Positions 62,016 to 64,000 of a stretch of DNA of 64,000 nt are shown piece by piece. Made by a program: the position numbers and the translations under genes. Below the pieces are notes generated by a model. It was not told the origin of the DNA and did no database searches. It was given only the letters and a program-made list of their open reading frames with translations. This DNA comes from a virus: the IMG/VR virus record IMGVR_UViG_3300045988_098461, positions 20,546-84,545 of that record; one strand, given 5' to 3'. Every line of letters begins with the position of its first letter. Positions within the stretch are counted from its first letter, which is position 1.

Positions 62016-62387
62016 ATGAAAATAAAGAATTTACCTAAGAAGATTTATCTCAATATCTGTAGCAATGAAGATGAGGTAGATTACAATGAGCTGAACGGGG
62101 TAACGTTCAGTACAGAAAAGATTGGTGTTACTGATTGTAACACAGAAAACGTTCCTTACGTGAATGCTGCATCATTATGGCACGACCTAAAGGAAGAGAA
62201 GCCACCATTAAAAAAGTGGGTAATGTTCCGATATAGTGGAGGTGGCGTAAATCCTACTGCTCTTCACTATGGAGCGATGAGTGATGACGTATGGCTTGTC
62301 ACTAGAGGAGACGGAACACAGCGTATAGAAGTTCTGTACGAGTGTTACGAAAAGATTGAGTGGCTTGACTTTGATGAACTAAAATAG
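62016..62387 (+). CDS. hypothetical protein
   Basis: Start is uncertain (61977 or 62016). Confidence 0.45.
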   Translation: MKIKNLPKKIYLNICSNEDEVDYNELNGVTFSTEKIGVTDCNTENVPYVNAASLWHDLKEEKPPLKKWVMFRYSGGGVNPTALHYGAMSDDVWLVTRGDGTQRIEVLYECYEKIEWLDFDELK

Positions 62388-62396
62388 CGATAGCGT

Positions 62397-62627
62397 ATGA
62401 CAAACGAGGAATTTTTCTATGCTCATCTTGGTGAGCGAGTTCTTTATAAAGGTAAGGATATTGGCGCATACGTAGCAGGGTATATTGAAGATAAGTATAT
62501 CATCTTAGGATTCGATAATTATACAGGCTGCATTCTGTACTTCACATCTAAGGTGTATAAAACGCTTGGTAAAACATATAACTCATACCGATTCGCAAAG
62601 TTAAAGTATTTGGAAGTAATAGAATAA
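62397..62627 (+). CDS. hypothetical protein
   Basis: 76-aa ORF with a TAGCGTATG junction. Confidence 0.5.
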   Translation: MTNEEFFYAHLGERVLYKGKDIGAYVAGYIEDKYIILGFDNYTGCILYFTSKVYKTLGKTYNSYRFAKLKYLEVIE

Positions 62628-62628
62628 T

Positions 62629-62662
62629 AAGAAAGGGTAGGGCGAAAGCTCTACCCCTTCTT
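62629..62662. terminator. hairpin between convergent genes (overlaps the integrase stop)
   Basis: AAGAAAGGGTAG-GGCGAAAGCT-CTACCCCTTCTT. Confidence 0.5.
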
Positions 62663-63826
62663 GTTATATAGAACATAATCAATAACCTTTCGATTGGCTT
62701 CATCAATCCGTTGTTGGTCTTTTCGCACATATATAGAGGTTATTCTATGGCTATTCTTATGCCCAAGGCAGTCTGCAATAATATCCATACTGATACCAAT
62801 CTCATAAGCAATAGTAGCAAAGGTATGTCTTGCCCAATAAGTAGTTACTTCGGGTATTCCTATACTTTTGCAGATTTTGCTAAGACATCTATTATTGGCT
62901 TGGTCAAAGCTTAGATACGATGCTTTTCTATCGAATTGCTTGATAAGATGCTCTTTCCCTCTATATCGTTCAATAATCTCCATAGCCTCAGGTTCTACCT
63001 TTATATTATATAGCGTTCCCGTTTTTGAGCGGCGATAGGAGATTCTGCCGTTTTCTATTTTTTCTAATTTCGATAGGTCTTTAACATTGATACCCATTAG
63101 ATAGAAGATAAGAAAGAACATATCACGATGTTTAGAACGGATAGGTGATAACTTTGCTTCATGCAATTTTCTTAACTGCTCAACAGTTAATGAGCGTTTC
63201 CTTGTTTCTTCTGATTTAATACTATACATATTAAAAACATATTCTTTAAGGACACCTTTTTTGCGAGCATAGTTTAAGATGGTTCGGATAATCCTTAATC
63301 TCATAGCAATGGTGTTTTTGCAATTTTTTATCTTTAGAAAATCAACGAAATCATCCAACCAGTCTATATCTATATCTTCAACCCTTAATGTATCATAATC
63401 ACAGAAATCTTTTATTCTGTTTTCTGCTGCGATATATATGCGTTTAGTTCCCTCACTTTCTTTCTTGGATAGAAATTCTGCCATCTGTGTTTTGAAAAGA
63501 TGATTCTCGTAATCGGTTTTATCTTCTTCGTTAGACAGATAAAGTGATAGCTTCTTATTAGAGAAGTAGCGCAGTTTGCCTTCTTCTTGCAATTGCACTA
63601 TCTTATCATTAAGAAGGGAAATCCTTTTCATAAGCTTCATATTGATAACTCTCTGTTCGGGTATTCCTTTCACCTTCTCATTCTTAGCATCCCATTCATC
63701 TTCTTTCAGCTCATAGCCTGTGGGAATATAAATGGCACTATCTTTCCTTGCCACTTTGAACTTCAAAGGGAATCTGCCGCTATTCAATCGCCTCCTTTTA
63801 TCCAACTTAATTGAAATCTTAATCAT
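62651..63826 (-). CDS. int: tyrosine recombinase / phage integrase
   Basis: 391 aa with ...YWARHTFAT... and ...LGHKNSHRITSIYV.... Has an N-terminal arm-binding-like domain of the Bacteroidota integrase type and AAGGAGATAC upstream. Confidence 0.9.
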   Translation of the reverse strand: MIKISIKLDKRRRLNSGRFPLKFKVARKDSAIYIPTGYELKEDEWDAKNEKVKGIPEQRVINMKLMKRISLLNDKIVQLQEEGKLRYFSNKKLSLYLSNEEDKTDYENHLFKTQMAEFLSKKESEGTKRIYIAAENRIKDFCDYDTLRVEDIDIDWLDDFVDFLKIKNCKNTIAMRLRIIRTILNYARKKGVLKEYVFNMYSIKSEETRKRSLTVEQLRKLHEAKLSPIRSKHRDMFFLIFYLMGINVKDLSKLEKIENGRISYRRSKTGTLYNIKVEPEAMEIIERYRGKEHLIKQFDRKASYLSFDQANNRCLSKICKSIGIPEVTTYWARHTFATIAYEIGISMDIIADCLGHKNSHRITSIYVRKDQQRIDEANRKVIDYVLYNKKG

Positions 63827-63843
63827 AAGTATGTATCTCCTTT

Positions 63844-63863
63844 ATTTGCACGAAATTTGCACG
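63844..63863. repeat. direct repeat ATTTGCACG x2 (11-bp register) next to the integrase start
   Basis: Copies at 63844-52 and 63855-63. Confidence 0.3.
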
Positions 63864-63916
63864 TTTTATTGTAAACAATAGCAAAGTATGCAATATTTTG
63901 ATAATCATTCATAATG

Positions 63917-63924
63917 CAAAGATA
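63917..63924 (-). promoter_or_regulatory. -7 box TATCTTTG upstream of int
   Basis: Plus strand reads caaagata. A CTATTTAATAG palindrome lies nearby. Confidence 0.3.
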
Positions 63925-64000
63925 ACTATTTTTTTGCGAATTAATGCCTATTTAATAGTTTTTTTTGCATATTCACCATAAATATTTCAATATTTTTTTT

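Noticed and set aside
1-64000. Genome-wide TAG reassignment (code 15-like)
   Set aside because: About twenty well-supported genes, including the integrase, several SD-led genes and the chain at 59-60 kb, terminate at TAG right before the next start codon. Long genes such as the tape measure, portal, TerL and MuF contain no internal TAG. Only two internal TAGs were found, so a global recoding model does not fit.
1-64000. CRISPR arrays, diversity-generating retroelement, transposases/IS elements, rRNA genes
   Set aside because: I saw no regularly spaced direct repeats, no reverse-transcriptase (YxDD) ORF, no template/variable repeat pair, no transposase-like ORF and no rRNA-like sequence.

Overview
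The whole 64-kb window looks like one temperate siphovirus-type prophage. The host is probably Bacteroidota, because canonical TTTG-N19-20-TAnnTTTG promoters recur throughout, the tyrosine integrase at the right edge (62651-63826) is Bacteroidota-like, and DUF4494 is present. On the minus strand, reading right to left: (i) a DNA-modification and packaging block at 37.9-51.6 kb with an HTH protein, DUF4417, a ParB-like protein, a DpdA-like transglycosylase, QueC, QueD, QueE, FolE, TerS, a methyltransferase, TerL, portal, and a MuF protein with a C-terminal ADP-ribosyltransferase domain. (ii) A head and tail block at 1-14.8 kb with scaffold, decoration-like protein, major capsid, connectors, major tail, a G/T chaperone pair, a 1714-aa tape measure, a Dit-like protein, and a tail protein of at least 1257 aa that runs off the left edge and is missing from the ORF track. 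These blocks are interleaved with plus-strand accessory blocks (19.2-32.9, 34.6-37.9 and 51.9-62.6 kb) carrying DUF932, an SSB-like protein, VRR-NUC, two orphan methyltransferases, an antirepressor, an ADP-ribosylglycohydrolase, YopX, RtcB, DUF2829 (Tad2-like) and ASCH. The points I consider most worth follow-up are: (1) two genes carry a single in-frame TAG with homology or domain architecture continuing across it. (2) A MuF-ART toxin lies convergent with a DraG-like ARH. (3) Three unrelated small proteins share an N-terminal M[SA]K[AG]SG[GN]TR leader, and one of them sits inside the 7-deazaguanine operon. (4) The preQ0-type DNA-modification cluster contains a ParB-like (DpdB-like) gene, DUF4417 and two orphan promoter-terminator units that look like sRNAs. 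(5) About 100-bp promoter/operator cassettes are repeated, and Shine-Dalgarno motifs (TAGGAGATAC) are unusually strong and conserved for this kind of host. (6) A hairpin-rich 400-nt intergenic region ends in a tRNA-like T-arm and acceptor mimic. All function calls come from reading motifs by eye, because no searches could be run.
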